Shown in pieces: positions 31,303 through 39,876 of a stretch of DNA of 64,000 nt (positions are counted from its first letter, which is position 1; each line of letters begins with the position of its first letter). The notes under the pieces are model-generated. The model saw nothing but the letters and a program-made list of their open reading frames with translations. It searched no databases and had not been told where the DNA came from. A program made the translations under genes and the position numbers. The stretch is from Candidatus Bathyarchaeia archaeon (GTDB lineage Archaea > Thermoproteota > Bathyarchaeia > 40CM-2-53-6): positions 187,434 to 251,433 of the forward strand of contig JBEKFP010000003.1 in assembly GCA_050013255.1 (NCBI GenBank), in the 5' to 3' direction.

Positions 31303-31569
31303 TTAGTTTGGTTCGGCGTCTCTGCGTTTTAGGAATAGTACCATGAGCCCAACGGTTGTTAGAAGTGGAATCGTGAGGTCGATATGTTCAGGGACGGACG
31401 TTGCGGAGACCATCGTGACCTGACTAGTGCTGCTTGGACTTGGGGTAGTTGTCATCGTCTTGCTTCCTCCTCCGCCGCCATAGCCTGCTCCAAAGTCTGG
31501 GAGGGCTGAGGACAGGACTGGAATCAAGGAAAGGATGAGAAAGCTACAAAGGAGCCATTTCCTGGTCAC
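31303..31569 (-). CDS. Small secreted Gly/Ser/Thr-rich protein with a C-terminal sorting-signal-like anchor
   Basis: 88 aa. Signal peptide, GYGGGGGS, S/T-rich linker, then VPEH..-TM(LTIPLLTTVGLMVLFL)-KRRD at the C-terminus. Confidence 0.45.
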   Translation of the reverse strand: MTRKWLLCSFLILSLIPVLSSALPDFGAGYGGGGGSKTMTTTPSPSSTSQVTMVSATSVPEHIDLTIPLLTTVGLMVLFLKRRDAEPN

Positions 31570-31650
31570 TAGGTCACACCTACTACAGACGTAGTATGTT
31601 TACTGATTCATAACCCTTACGCCCAAACAGCTAACGCGACCGGTTGCCAA

Positions 31651-32265
31651 TCACAGTTTAGTAGCGATTTTCTCGATGAAGTTCTCAAGGATTCGCTTGC
31701 CTGCCAAGTTCTCTTCGTTCCATCTCTCTGGGTGGAATTGTACGCCGTACAAGGGTTTCTGCTCATGCTTCATCGCCTCATTTTTCGTATCTTTGGATCT
31801 CGCAATTCGCACGAAACCCGGTGGCAGGCGCTTCACTACCTCATAGTGACTTTGCATCACCCTGATCTTTGCTGGCAACCCCGCCAAGAGGTGATCCTTG
31901 TCTTCGAGTTCAACCGTCCGAAAGCCATCAACATGATGGCCTGACTTTGCCACTTCACCACCATAAGCGATTGCCAGCGCCTGATGGCCGCCGCATATTC
32001 CCAATGTCGGGGTCTCGATTTTGGGAAGGAAGGCGAAGAGATTCTCGAATTCCTTCCGGTCGGCTGTTCGCGTGAACAATGCTTCTGTGCCGCTGAGTAT
32101 GATGCCGTCGTAGCTGGTGAGTTGGGATGGGTCAAGGTCGGGTAATCTTGCATGGTCAGAAATTGAGACTTCTACACCAAGCGTCTTGACTCTCGTTACG
32201 AGTTTGTTGAAACTTAGCTTACGTTTAGGGCCAAGGAAGAGGTTCACGACTAGGATCTGCTTCAT
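31651..32265 (-). CDS. Class-I glutamine amidotransferase
   Basis: 204 aa with the catalytic GICGGHQ and QFHPE motifs. Confidence 0.85.
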   Translation of the reverse strand: MKQILVVNLFLGPKRKLSFNKLVTRVKTLGVEVSISDHARLPDLDPSQLTSYDGIILSGTEALFTRTADRKEFENLFAFLPKIETPTLGICGGHQALAIAYGGEVAKSGHHVDGFRTVELEDKDHLLAGLPAKIRVMQSHYEVVKRLPPGFVRIARSKDTKNEAMKHEQKPLYGVQFHPERWNEENLAGKRILENFIEKIATKL

Positions 32266-32291
32266 CCGTCACAGCACCAGGGATTTGTCTC

Positions 32292-32635
32292 GGGGGCATT
32301 TCCATGCGCGTGCATTTTGGTGTTGCGTCTATCGGTTCTGTCAAGTCTTCGCCTGCTTGACTCATCCGCATCGACTTTGGGCGTTACCGTCAGTCGCGGG
32401 CTACCCTACCATCGCTTCACTTGCAGACGCGACGGCCCCGAACCTCAGGGCTCTCATCCGGCATCCACCGGATCAGCTAGACCATTCGCGCAGTCAGGGT
32501 TTTACGCTCGGTCAAAGCAGCCAGTTACCCAACATCGGCCCAGTCGGCTAATTCGGGCGAAAGCCCATATACCGCCGTTGACTCGGCTTCATCGACTGAT
32601 GACTTGCATGCGTTGATCCAGGAGGCAATGGCCCC
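32292..32635 (-). ncRNA. Structured RNA candidate, tentatively RNase P RNA. SRP RNA and the opposite strand are not excluded.
   Basis: This lies in a 514-bp gene-free, GC-enriched interval. The termini pair (GGGGCCAUUGCC / GGAAAUGCCCCC). On the minus strand the motifs GGUAGGGUAGC, GGUAACGCC, GAUGAGU and ACAGAACC occur in that order, resembling the RNase P catalytic-domain 3' half. No canonical GAGGAAAGUCC (CR-I) was found. The hairpin GGGC-GAAA-GCCC at 32555-32566 gives a GNRA loop only on the + strand. Confidence 0.4.
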
Positions 32636-32779
32636 TTGAGCAAATCTTGGATGAGAGCAACGTGCATTAGTTCAAAACCTCTGCATTTTTCATCAATGTG
32701 AAGAGAACCTAGTGAAATTATGTGTACCAAAACATAAATTTACAGGCATTCCACACTGTGGGACTGAGGACACTAAAAA

Positions 32780-33031
32780 ATGCCACTCTACATGGACATA
32801 CATTACAAGATTACCGGGCTTACGGCGGAGGCGATTATGGCCGCACATGCAAAGGATCTTCAGGTTCAGGGAAAATACGGAGTGAAATATCTGAAGTACT
32901 GGTTCGACGAGTCGACGGGCAAAGCGTTTTGTATGATCGATGCCCCCAACAAAGAAGCCGCCGCAGCAGTCCACCGAGAGGCACATGGTCTCGTTGCGGA
33001 CGAGATCGTTGAGGTTAAAGAAGGCGCCTAG
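32780..33031 (+). CDS. DUF4242-family protein
   Basis: 83 aa. MPLYMDIH...AH.KDL.VQ.KYGV.YL.YWFDE..GKAFCMIDAP..EAA..VH.EAHG is the typical pattern. Confidence 0.7.
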   Translation: MPLYMDIHYKITGLTAEAIMAAHAKDLQVQGKYGVKYLKYWFDESTGKAFCMIDAPNKEAAAAVHREAHGLVADEIVEVKEGA

Positions 33032-33067
33032 GCGTCGGGCCGTCTATCGTCGAGTAACAGGCCCGCA

Positions 33068-33934
33068 ATGAAGAAAGACCTTCAAGTTTGGTTTGCTCTA
33101 TTCGTAATCATGACATTTTTCGCTGCTAACAGCGTAATAACAAGATACCTTGTCTTGCTAGGCCGAGTCTCACCTTTTCTCCTTACCGTAATCAGGTTCG
33201 TTAGCGGACTAGCCACCCTCTTGATCCTTCCATCTGTGCGGCCGACGATCTTCCATCATGATAAGCCGAACGTCTCCTACCTGCCTGGCGCATTCTTCTT
33301 GGGGGCGTACGCGTTTTCGATATCTTACGGATACGTTTTCATATCCGTAGCCGCGGGAACCTTCATCTTCTATACCTTCGTAGTACTAGCAATGACCACC
33401 TATTCTGTGCTAGTAGACAAGGAACAGCTGACACCGCGTTTAGTCTTGGGACAGCTCCTAGGCATAGCCGGGGTCCTGGTCATAACTTTCGGCAAGATAA
33501 GCTCTGTTACTCTGCTTGGCGTCCTTCTGATGGCCGGGACCGGCGTATCGTGGGGATTGTATTCCGCATATGGCAAGAATTTCACGGTAACGTTCAGCTA
33601 CACGTACAATAGTTTCCTGATTTTGGGAACATTCGCCATTATTAGTTCGGTAGCGCTTCCACTTCTAGGTCAGCCGATTTCCACCAACATTTCCATTCCG
33701 AACCTTGGACTAGCGTTGTACATGGGCATGATCAGCACGGCGCTCAGCTATGTTCTGTGGAACGCCACAGTGAAAAAAATACCTGCATCCCTCGGAGGAC
33801 TTGTCCAACTCGTTGTCCCTGTTCTGGCTCCAGCCATGGGAATAATTTTCTTACGTGAACAAGTAACCACATCGCTAATGGTCGGCGGCGCTCTGGTCCT
33901 CGTTGCAATCTACCTGGTGGGATCAAAACGTTAA
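33068..33934 (+). CDS. EamA/DMT-family transporter
   Basis: 288 aa with 10 TM helices and duplicated EamA halves. Confidence 0.85.
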   Translation: MKKDLQVWFALFVIMTFFAANSVITRYLVLLGRVSPFLLTVIRFVSGLATLLILPSVRPTIFHHDKPNVSYLPGAFFLGAYAFSISYGYVFISVAAGTFIFYTFVVLAMTTYSVLVDKEQLTPRLVLGQLLGIAGVLVITFGKISSVTLLGVLLMAGTGVSWGLYSAYGKNFTVTFSYTYNSFLILGTFAIISSVALPLLGQPISTNISIPNLGLALYMGMISTALSYVLWNATVKKIPASLGGLVQLVVPVLAPAMGIIFLREQVTTSLMVGGALVLVAIYLVGSKR

Positions 33935-34020
33935 GCTGTACTTCCAGGCTAGAATCAGCAACCAATTTTCTGACATCGCTCCAACACGCCGTTACTGTTC
34001 AGCAGGTTTAGTCGTTTTTC

Positions 34021-34127
34021 GAGTGTGTGATACTAGTGGTGCGACCGTCGTAATTTGAACCGTCGTTCAGGTCGTCCTTGTGTGTGTGGTATCAGTGGTG
34101 CGAGCACCCAAATTTGAACCACCAGAC
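34021..34127 (+). repeat. Two tandem island repeat units (tRNA-3'-end mimic)
   Basis: GTGTGTGATACTAGTGGTGCGACCGTCGTAATTTGAACCGTCG and GTGTGTGTGGTATCAGTGGTGCGAGCACCCAAATTTGAACCACC. TGGTGCG is the reverse complement of CGCACCA, and AATTTGAACC is the reverse complement of the T-loop GGTTCAAATT. Confidence 0.8.
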
Positions 34128-34136
34128 ATAAGGGGG

Positions 34137-34808
34137 CTATGGGAGTGTGATGCCGAATACACCTACGGCTCCTCGTATGAGGAATGAGATGCCAATGGCT
34201 CCCATAAGTATGTCCATGACTTTTCCAGTTATTACCATGACTGATGGCTTCAGGACTTTCATGAGTCTACTGCTCAAACTGAACAGTAACCAAACGATCA
34301 CGCAGTCAACCACAATCGCGACTGCCATGCTGAAATCCATCCACCCCTTCGCGGCTCCATACTGAGGATTGTTGAGTACCATAACTGTCGCAATCGCCCC
34401 TGGTCCAGCCAATAGTGGAATAGCCAACGGGAAAACGGCTATACTGTCAGTAACGCCACTTGACAGGGTGCGCCCCCTCCTCCTGTATAGGGATTTGGCC
34501 GCGCTCTGGACTTCGGATGAGGCGACATCTTTGACCGCGAAGACGAGAATGAATACGCCTCCCGCGATCATCACGGAATTGAGAGTGATTTGGAGGGCGC
34601 CTAGGATTGCGTCGCCCAAGTACGCGAACACCAACAGTACCGCTATGGCGACTGTAATCGTCTTCCTGGCAATCGCAGCCTTCCGTTCCCCTGTGGCCCC
34701 AGCTGTAAGCCCCTGAAAGAACGGAATAACCCCGAGTGGGTTTAGGATGACGAATAGTGTAATCAGGGATTCGGTAAGGTCCTGCAGAAAGCCGGTCGAG
34801 AATGACAA
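34137..34808 (-). CDS. MarC-family (UPF0056) integral membrane protein
   Basis: 223 aa and polytopic, with the NPLGVIPFF motif. Confidence 0.85.
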   Translation of the reverse strand: MSFSTGFLQDLTESLITLFVILNPLGVIPFFQGLTAGATGERKAAIARKTITVAIAVLLVFAYLGDAILGALQITLNSVMIAGGVFILVFAVKDVASSEVQSAAKSLYRRRGRTLSSGVTDSIAVFPLAIPLLAGPGAIATVMVLNNPQYGAAKGWMDFSMAVAIVVDCVIVWLLFSLSSRLMKVLKPSVMVITGKVMDILMGAIGISFLIRGAVGVFGITLP

Positions 34809-34850
34809 AACGTCAACACGCCTACCGTAATGCGCTCGGGGCTACCTAAA

Positions 34851-35038
34851 TGTGTGTGTAGGTAGTGATGGTGCGGGCGCCGTAAATTGAACCGTCGTTC
34901 GTCGTCAAAAAAATGTGTGTGTGGGTCTTATGGTGCGAGCATCGCAAATTGAACCGTCGTCGTTCGTCCGTCAGGATGGAATAGTTAGAATGGCCTTCGT
35001 AAGAAGGAGTGCGGGTATGCTGGTGCGCGCACACACAC
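34851..35038 (+). repeat. Two more tandem repeat units plus a GGGTATGCTGGTGCGC/GCACACACAC junction
   Basis: TGTGTGTGTAGGTAGTGATGGTGCGGGCGCCGTAAATTGAACCGTCGTTCG; TGTGTGTGTGGGTCTTATGGTGCGAGCATCGCAAATTGAACCGTCGTCG; then GGGTATGCTGGTGCG (35013-35027) followed by CGCACACACAC. Confidence 0.8.
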
Positions 35039-35530
35039 TGCCTCATCGTCGAGCTGAAGGAACCACGCCCCCGCCGTCCGTAACTAACTAATGACCCCTC
35101 TCTGAAAAAGGGCATGAAGAAGTACTAACTCTAACGTCGCCTCTAGTCTGCGTTTCCACGTATCGTGAATTTCTTCGAGTGAGTTTGTCAGTCTACGACC
35201 TGGACCGTAACACTTTTCGTTGATAATGATTTAGGAGCCTTCTGATTAGGGCCAAGTCTTGTTCAATTCTTGGTAGATTCTGTTTTAGAATTGGTTCCGT
35301 CATCGCCCTGGCCGGGGCTCGGGACTTGTTAGCAATTGGCACAGAGTCAGGTTCTTTCTCAAAAGTTTTCTGGCCTGAAGGTCACTTATTCAACTGTAGA
35401 GAGGCCTGGTAGGCGAGGCAGGCGCGTTGACCCTCGCCTGCGAGATACATTCTGTATATTGGCAACCATTAAACCGACTTGACGTTGTACTCTGTTCTAT
35501 ACCGATACGAAGGAAGGGTGATTTCAACCA

Positions 35531-35731
35531 TTGAGCCACCAGTGTAAATTGTGTCACCCACCTAAGATATTTCGATCAATCGACCGACTGCATGAACATC
35601 ATTGGACGACTCATCGACGATGGTGCTGCAATGTTTGTCATCATTTGAGTCGACTTCACTCAGGATTTCATGGTTGTGCAGTCTGTGGTTGCAGATACTC
35701 GAAGAAACAGCAAGAGCGCCTTCGTGACTAG
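35531..35731 (+). CDS. Small Cys/His-rich (C2H2-like zinc finger) protein
   Basis: 66 aa with a TTG start. CKLCHPPKIFRSIDRLHEHH fits C-x2-C-x12-H-x2-H, and further Cys/His pairs follow. Confidence 0.4.
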   Translation: MSHQCKLCHPPKIFRSIDRLHEHHWTTHRRWCCNVCHHLSRLHSGFHGCAVCGCRYSKKQQERLRD

Positions 35732-35803
35732 AACTCTTTCAGGGCTTCGGAAGTTGCTTATTCGAGTGTGAGTGCTATGTTGTATCTGAGAGGTGACTAA
35801 TGT

Positions 35804-35920
35804 ATGGCAAAGCAGAGTAGGGGAGCTAAGAAAGCGTGGACGGCTGCTAGAGATAAGAAGGTGTCGAAAGCACGCGAGAAGAAGAAGGAACGAAAAGCCG
35901 CCCTTTCCACGTATCACTAG
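35804..35920 (+). CDS. Small basic protein (38 aa)
   Basis: My translation is MAKQSRGAKKAWTAARDKKVSKAREKKKERKAALSTYH, with GAGGTGA upstream. Below the ORF-track cutoff. Confidence 0.3.
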   Translation: MAKQSRGAKKAWTAARDKKVSKAREKKKERKAALSTYH

Positions 35921-36025
35921 GAACGCTGTTCTGACGTAGCGGGACGCTTGTGAGGATCACGGGAATAGCCTATTCAAGGCAGCAATCATTCCTATCATGG
36001 TGTCTGCTCGTCAAAGGTGACTTGG

Positions 36026-36124
36026 ATGAGAACTTGCCCTAAGTGCGGTCACGAGATAAATGGAAGAGTTTGTGTTGTTAAAGACTGTACTTGTGACTGT
36101 TACTATGGTTTGAAACAACCCTAA
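36026..36124 (+). CDS. Mini zinc-ribbon protein (32 aa)
   Basis: My translation is MRTCPKCGHEINGRVCVVKDCTCDCYYGLKQP, with AGGTGA upstream. Confidence 0.35.
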   Translation: MRTCPKCGHEINGRVCVVKDCTCDCYYGLKQP

Positions 36125-36131
36125 GCCGATG

Positions 36132-36241
36132 AGAATTTTGAACCGTCGATCTCGTGTGTGATTTCATGATTTTGTGATTTTGTCTACGTGTGGGGGGGTA
36201 AGGGTGGTTGGGTCTGGGAGAATGTGTTGTTGTGCGCACCA
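36132..36241 (+). repeat. Composite cassette-junction repeat (type with an ATGATTT-rich module)
   Basis: AATTTTGAACCGTCGATCTC-GTGTGTG-ATTTCATGATTTTGTGATTTTGTCTACGTGTGG-(G/T-rich)-TGTGCGCACCA. By my count, 34 of 41 positions match the repeat at 38524-38564. Confidence 0.75.
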
Positions 36242-36445
36242 TTAGACAATGCCTACTACTCAAAGCCATCCAGGAAAGAGCAACCTGACAATTTGCCGCC
36301 AGAGGAAGAAGGTGAAGCCCAGAAACAATATTGTCACAATTGTAAATGATACATTCATTCGCTTGTATTCAGCCCGCTCACGGAGAAAGCCTCTATGTGA
36401 AATTTTAATTGTACACACAGTAAACGATCATAGGTCTGTGATTTT

Positions 36446-37303
36446 ATGAGTCTTCCGAATTTTCCCGAAAAGATGGAAGGTAGCCTTTTCTTCAGGGAAA
36501 TAATGCCTCAGTTTCTTCCTGAATACAATCCGTTTAAACTTGCTATGCTTGGTTTGATTGTTGAAAAAAAAGGTAAAACCAAGATATATGAAGCATTAAG
36601 GTTTAGTCTTCGTAAGATTCAATGGGTTAAGTTGATGGGCTCAAAAGCCATCCATTTGGAAGAGGAACTACTAAAGGCGGTCGAGCCAAACAGTTTTGTT
36701 TTTGACCCGTTAAGACAAACTGCGCATTCGTTGTGTGTAACCGATTGTCTAATTCATACGAAATCGGCATTAGATTCAATGGCTGTTTTTCTCACTGACT
36801 TGCTTGGATTAGACCAGACGGGTGGAGACAGAGATTTTAAGAAACTTGGATTCAGGGAGTCAGTAAGTCAAAAAGATGCTTTTCTCAAACACGAAATCAA
36901 GAAACTTGAACCTTGGTTCTTAGAATTGCAGGGAGTAAGAGATGAATGGATTCATATCAAGGCAATCGAATCTCTATCTGTTCATGGAAAAAGCGATGTT
37001 GGAATGCTGCCTATTCCGAGAAATATCTACCTTAGTGCTGAAGAACAAAGAAACATACCAATTAATTCAGAGAATTATTGGTCAACAAAAGATTTTGTTG
37101 AACATCATTATGCTCAACTTGCAGAACTATTCGGTGAGATTGTTGACCGTAGTATTCAAATTGAAAACCTGGACTTAGCGGAACCTGTTACTGTTCCTGA
37201 ACACTTTATGAATAATCTGACAATGTTTCCTACACATTCCACCGAGAACATGACTCTCCAAAAAATGAGGGTGTACGTTCCTAAATCTGTGGTCGATTGG
37301 TGA
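36446..37303 (+). CDS. Hypothetical protein with an Rx4H (HEPN-like) motif
   Basis: 285 aa on an AT-rich segment, with the motif GVRDEWIHIKA (R-x4-H). No other recognisable domain. Confidence 0.45.
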   Translation: MSLPNFPEKMEGSLFFREIMPQFLPEYNPFKLAMLGLIVEKKGKTKIYEALRFSLRKIQWVKLMGSKAIHLEEELLKAVEPNSFVFDPLRQTAHSLCVTDCLIHTKSALDSMAVFLTDLLGLDQTGGDRDFKKLGFRESVSQKDAFLKHEIKKLEPWFLELQGVRDEWIHIKAIESLSVHGKSDVGMLPIPRNIYLSAEEQRNIPINSENYWSTKDFVEHHYAQLAELFGEIVDRSIQIENLDLAEPVTVPEHFMNNLTMFPTHSTENMTLQKMRVYVPKSVVDW

Positions 37304-37453
37304 CCTGCAGGAAAACTGATTCTTGGGGAATGGATTGTTGTAAGTCGCACTCACACGATTGAGCCATGGCATCACCCATTGATGCTGAGATTACCTTTTT
37401 CATCGATGAGACCATGGTTGGCTAGAACTATGCTGGGTAAGGTTTTCGTTTCT

Positions 37454-37488
37454 GGGGGGGGTGCGCACCAGCTATAACACGCACACAC
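37454..37488 (-). repeat. Island repeat, inverted orientation
   Basis: GGGGGGGGTGCGCACCAGCTATAACACGCACACAC, which is the reverse complement of GTGTGTGCGTGTTATAGCTGGTGCGCACC. Confidence 0.7.
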
Positions 37489-37625
37489 TTTACTACCGTG
37501 CTGGTCTTGGCTAAGTGTCCCCTAACAACCGCGCTCTCATTTTGGTTTCATTAGCCCTATTTCCACGTAGAACTGGGAATCTTAGATGGTGAGGCTCTAC
37601 TTAATTCGTATACTGACTTGTTTCT

Positions 37626-38489
37626 TTGACGGTGAAACTGGTGAAAACCGCCTACTATTATTTCGCGGTAGAACCGCTGATTGAAAAATACGAAGATGTT
37701 CCCGAAGTAAAGCCTCTGATATCGATACCTGTCAAGACCAAGTCGAAAACATTCGAAGTCTCATTCTTTGCCCTGGGCAACCAACTGCACATGCTTAGGA
37801 TAGCAGTTCCGAACCTGGAAGAGGATAGGATTTCCGAAGAGGATTCGAAGGTCGTTCAGACGCTAAAAGAACATGTTCTCTCGGTGTTACGCATAACTTA
37901 CGACCATGGTGTTAGTTTGTTTCCAATTCATTGGTGGAGCTTCGCTGAGGAAGGAAAGGAATACAGGGCGGGCATTTCAATACGGGAGCAAATAGAGGAA
38001 GCATTCCGCATCAATGCGGGAAACATACGGAACGTTTTCGTGAGTACCTTTCCGCTGAGATATCATATTGCGCTCATATCTGATTCACAGGACAGGAGAA
38101 TCCCATTACAGTACCGATACCTCTCACTTTACAAAATACTCGAACTCGAATTCAAGAAAGGTGGCAGATGGAATCGAATACGTCTCAACGAATTCCTGTC
38201 CAGATTTGAAAAGGAGTTCCAGAAACTTCACAGTGAGAAAATCGAGCTGCGGAATTATCTGCATTCCTTGCGAGACAAATGTGCACACGTTAGGACTGGA
38301 AAGGACATTATTGGCGTCACTCAGCTAAGCGGCAAAGATATCGAAGAGGTTACCAAATTCTTACCTTTCATGGCAGAGTTGTGCTCAACACTCCTAAACG
38401 AGAAATACAAAGACAAAGGATTCTCTATCGTAAAAGGACAACAGTATTCCGAGTTCTTAGCGAAAGGGCAGAACGTACCCATTAACTAA
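37626..38489 (+). CDS. Hypothetical protein with an Rx4H (HEPN-like) motif
   Basis: 287 aa on an AT-rich segment, with the C-terminal motif LHSLRDKCAHVRTG (R-x4-H). Confidence 0.5.
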   Translation: MTVKLVKTAYYYFAVEPLIEKYEDVPEVKPLISIPVKTKSKTFEVSFFALGNQLHMLRIAVPNLEEDRISEEDSKVVQTLKEHVLSVLRITYDHGVSLFPIHWWSFAEEGKEYRAGISIREQIEEAFRINAGNIRNVFVSTFPLRYHIALISDSQDRRIPLQYRYLSLYKILELEFKKGGRWNRIRLNEFLSRFEKEFQKLHSEKIELRNYLHSLRDKCAHVRTGKDIIGVTQLSGKDIEEVTKFLPFMAELCSTLLNEKYKDKGFSIVKGQQYSEFLAKGQNVPIN

Positions 38490-38520
38490 GCTTACCAACG
38501 GAGTCATGGTTGAGAAGGCT

Positions 38521-38656
38521 TTTCGTGTATGATTTTGTAATTTCATGATTTTTTCTACGTGTGGTTGGTTGGTCGTGGTTGGTCATGGTAGTGGTTGTGG
38601 AGCGTAGCAAGGGCGAGCGTAGCGAGGAGGGTGGTTTAGTGGTGCGCACACACACA
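38521..38656 (+). repeat. Composite cassette-junction repeat (paralog of 36132-36241)
   Basis: CGTGTATGATTTTGTAATTTCATGATTTTTTCTACGTGTGG-(GGTTGG-rich; GCGAGCGTAGCGAG)-TAGTGGTGCGCACACACACAG. Confidence 0.75.
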
Positions 38657-38764
38657 GCAAAAAAATGACACACAATTACTAATCTGAGATAATCAATACA
38701 GCTATCAATTCTCAATATGCTTTCATTGATGCTCAGAAAGCAGGCTACAAGTAACACTGGTTTT

Positions 38765-39679
38765 CTATCGTTCGTCTGTCTTAATTCCCGGGAGTTGAAC
38801 AAGGACTACGCCCACAATGACTAAGAGTATTCCCAGAGTCATAACATAGGTGACGCGCTCATCGAGAAAGATCCATGCAAGCACAGCAACCTGCACGAGC
38901 ATACTGTTCTGAATTACTGACAGCTCGTACGCATGGATAGAGCGGAGGACGTGGTTCCAGAGAAGAAAGGCCAAGGCCGTATTGACAACGCCGAGCCACA
39001 ATATTATCAGCAGACCATTCAGAGAAATCGGCCTAAGCCCATCGAATACTGCCGCAAGCAGCACAAGGCCCGCTGTCCCAATTCCCATAGTCAACGTTGT
39101 CAGTTTCAATGACCCAAAGGAGTCAACCCTCTGAATTTTCCTGACTATTATCATGTAAATAGCCCATGAGAGACTCGAAACGATAACGGCTAGGATTCCG
39201 ATTTGCTGTCCCGCGCCCGCCAGTCTCTCCGAGAAGAACGCGTAAGCCCCCAGGAGAGCCACAGGCAAGCCCACCAATTGAAGGCGCGACACTTTTTCTC
39301 TGAGAAGCAGGACCCCCAGCACGAGAACGAAGACCGGCGTAAAGTTGAGCACGAAGGTAGACGTAACTGCTGGGAGATAGAACAAGCCGACGAACTGGAG
39401 ACCCTGAGCAAGAGTGTAGCCACATATCCCTGCCGCGACGAGGAGTACTTTCCCATTCGCCACAGTCGTGCTCTTTCGACCACTCTTCTCAGTCCCCACA
39501 CGTGCGACATACAACATTCCCAAAACGACGAACGCAAGCGTGTAGCGCTCAGCAGCGAAAAGAAAAAGAGGAATTTCAAGCAAACCAAACTTGATTAGAA
39601 CATACGACGATGACCACAAGAAAGTTACCAGAATCGCTTCAGCGTATGCTAGTAGTGGATTCGATTTCGTGAACGGCAC
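38765..39679 (-). CDS. EamA/DMT-family transporter (second copy in the window)
   Basis: 304 aa with 10 TM helices and duplicated EamA halves. Confidence 0.85.
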   Translation of the reverse strand: MPFTKSNPLLAYAEAILVTFLWSSSYVLIKFGLLEIPLFLFAAERYTLAFVVLGMLYVARVGTEKSGRKSTTVANGKVLLVAAGICGYTLAQGLQFVGLFYLPAVTSTFVLNFTPVFVLVLGVLLLREKVSRLQLVGLPVALLGAYAFFSERLAGAGQQIGILAVIVSSLSWAIYMIIVRKIQRVDSFGSLKLTTLTMGIGTAGLVLLAAVFDGLRPISLNGLLIILWLGVVNTALAFLLWNHVLRSIHAYELSVIQNSMLVQVAVLAWIFLDERVTYVMTLGILLVIVGVVLVQLPGIKTDER

Positions 39680-39784
39680 CGCCAGTCACACACTATCATA
39701 ATTAATCTTTCATCTTGCTGCATACTATTCAGTTGCTTCTCACGTTCGTTCAAGCCCCCACAAGGTGCACTGATAACTTATGGA

Positions 39785-39813
39785 GTTGTGTGTGTGACTG
39801 CGCTGGTGCGCAC
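39785..39813 (+). repeat. Island repeat (solo end-like unit)
   Basis: GTTGTGTGTGTGACTGCGCTGGTGCGCAC, followed by the 7-bp inverted repeat GAGTCCA..TGGACTC and an ATATATATTTA box upstream of the methyltransferase gene. Confidence 0.7.
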
Positions 39814-39876
39814 ATATGAGTCCAGTCCTCGTGGACTCAATATATATTTACAGAAGAGACTCAACTCTGTGATGCT

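Noticed and set aside
32117-32616. ORFs 32117..32551 and 32317..32616 (+)
   Set aside because: They lie over the GC-rich region that shows long-range pairing and RNA-like motifs. Their products are Arg/Ser/Pro-rich. I interpret the region as non-coding RNA instead.
34846-38802. Minus-strand ORFs 34846..35115, 36078..36269 and 38482..38802
   Set aside because: Each is laid over a junction repeat. Two of them give similar peptides only because the underlying DNA repeat is similar. There are no start context or motifs.
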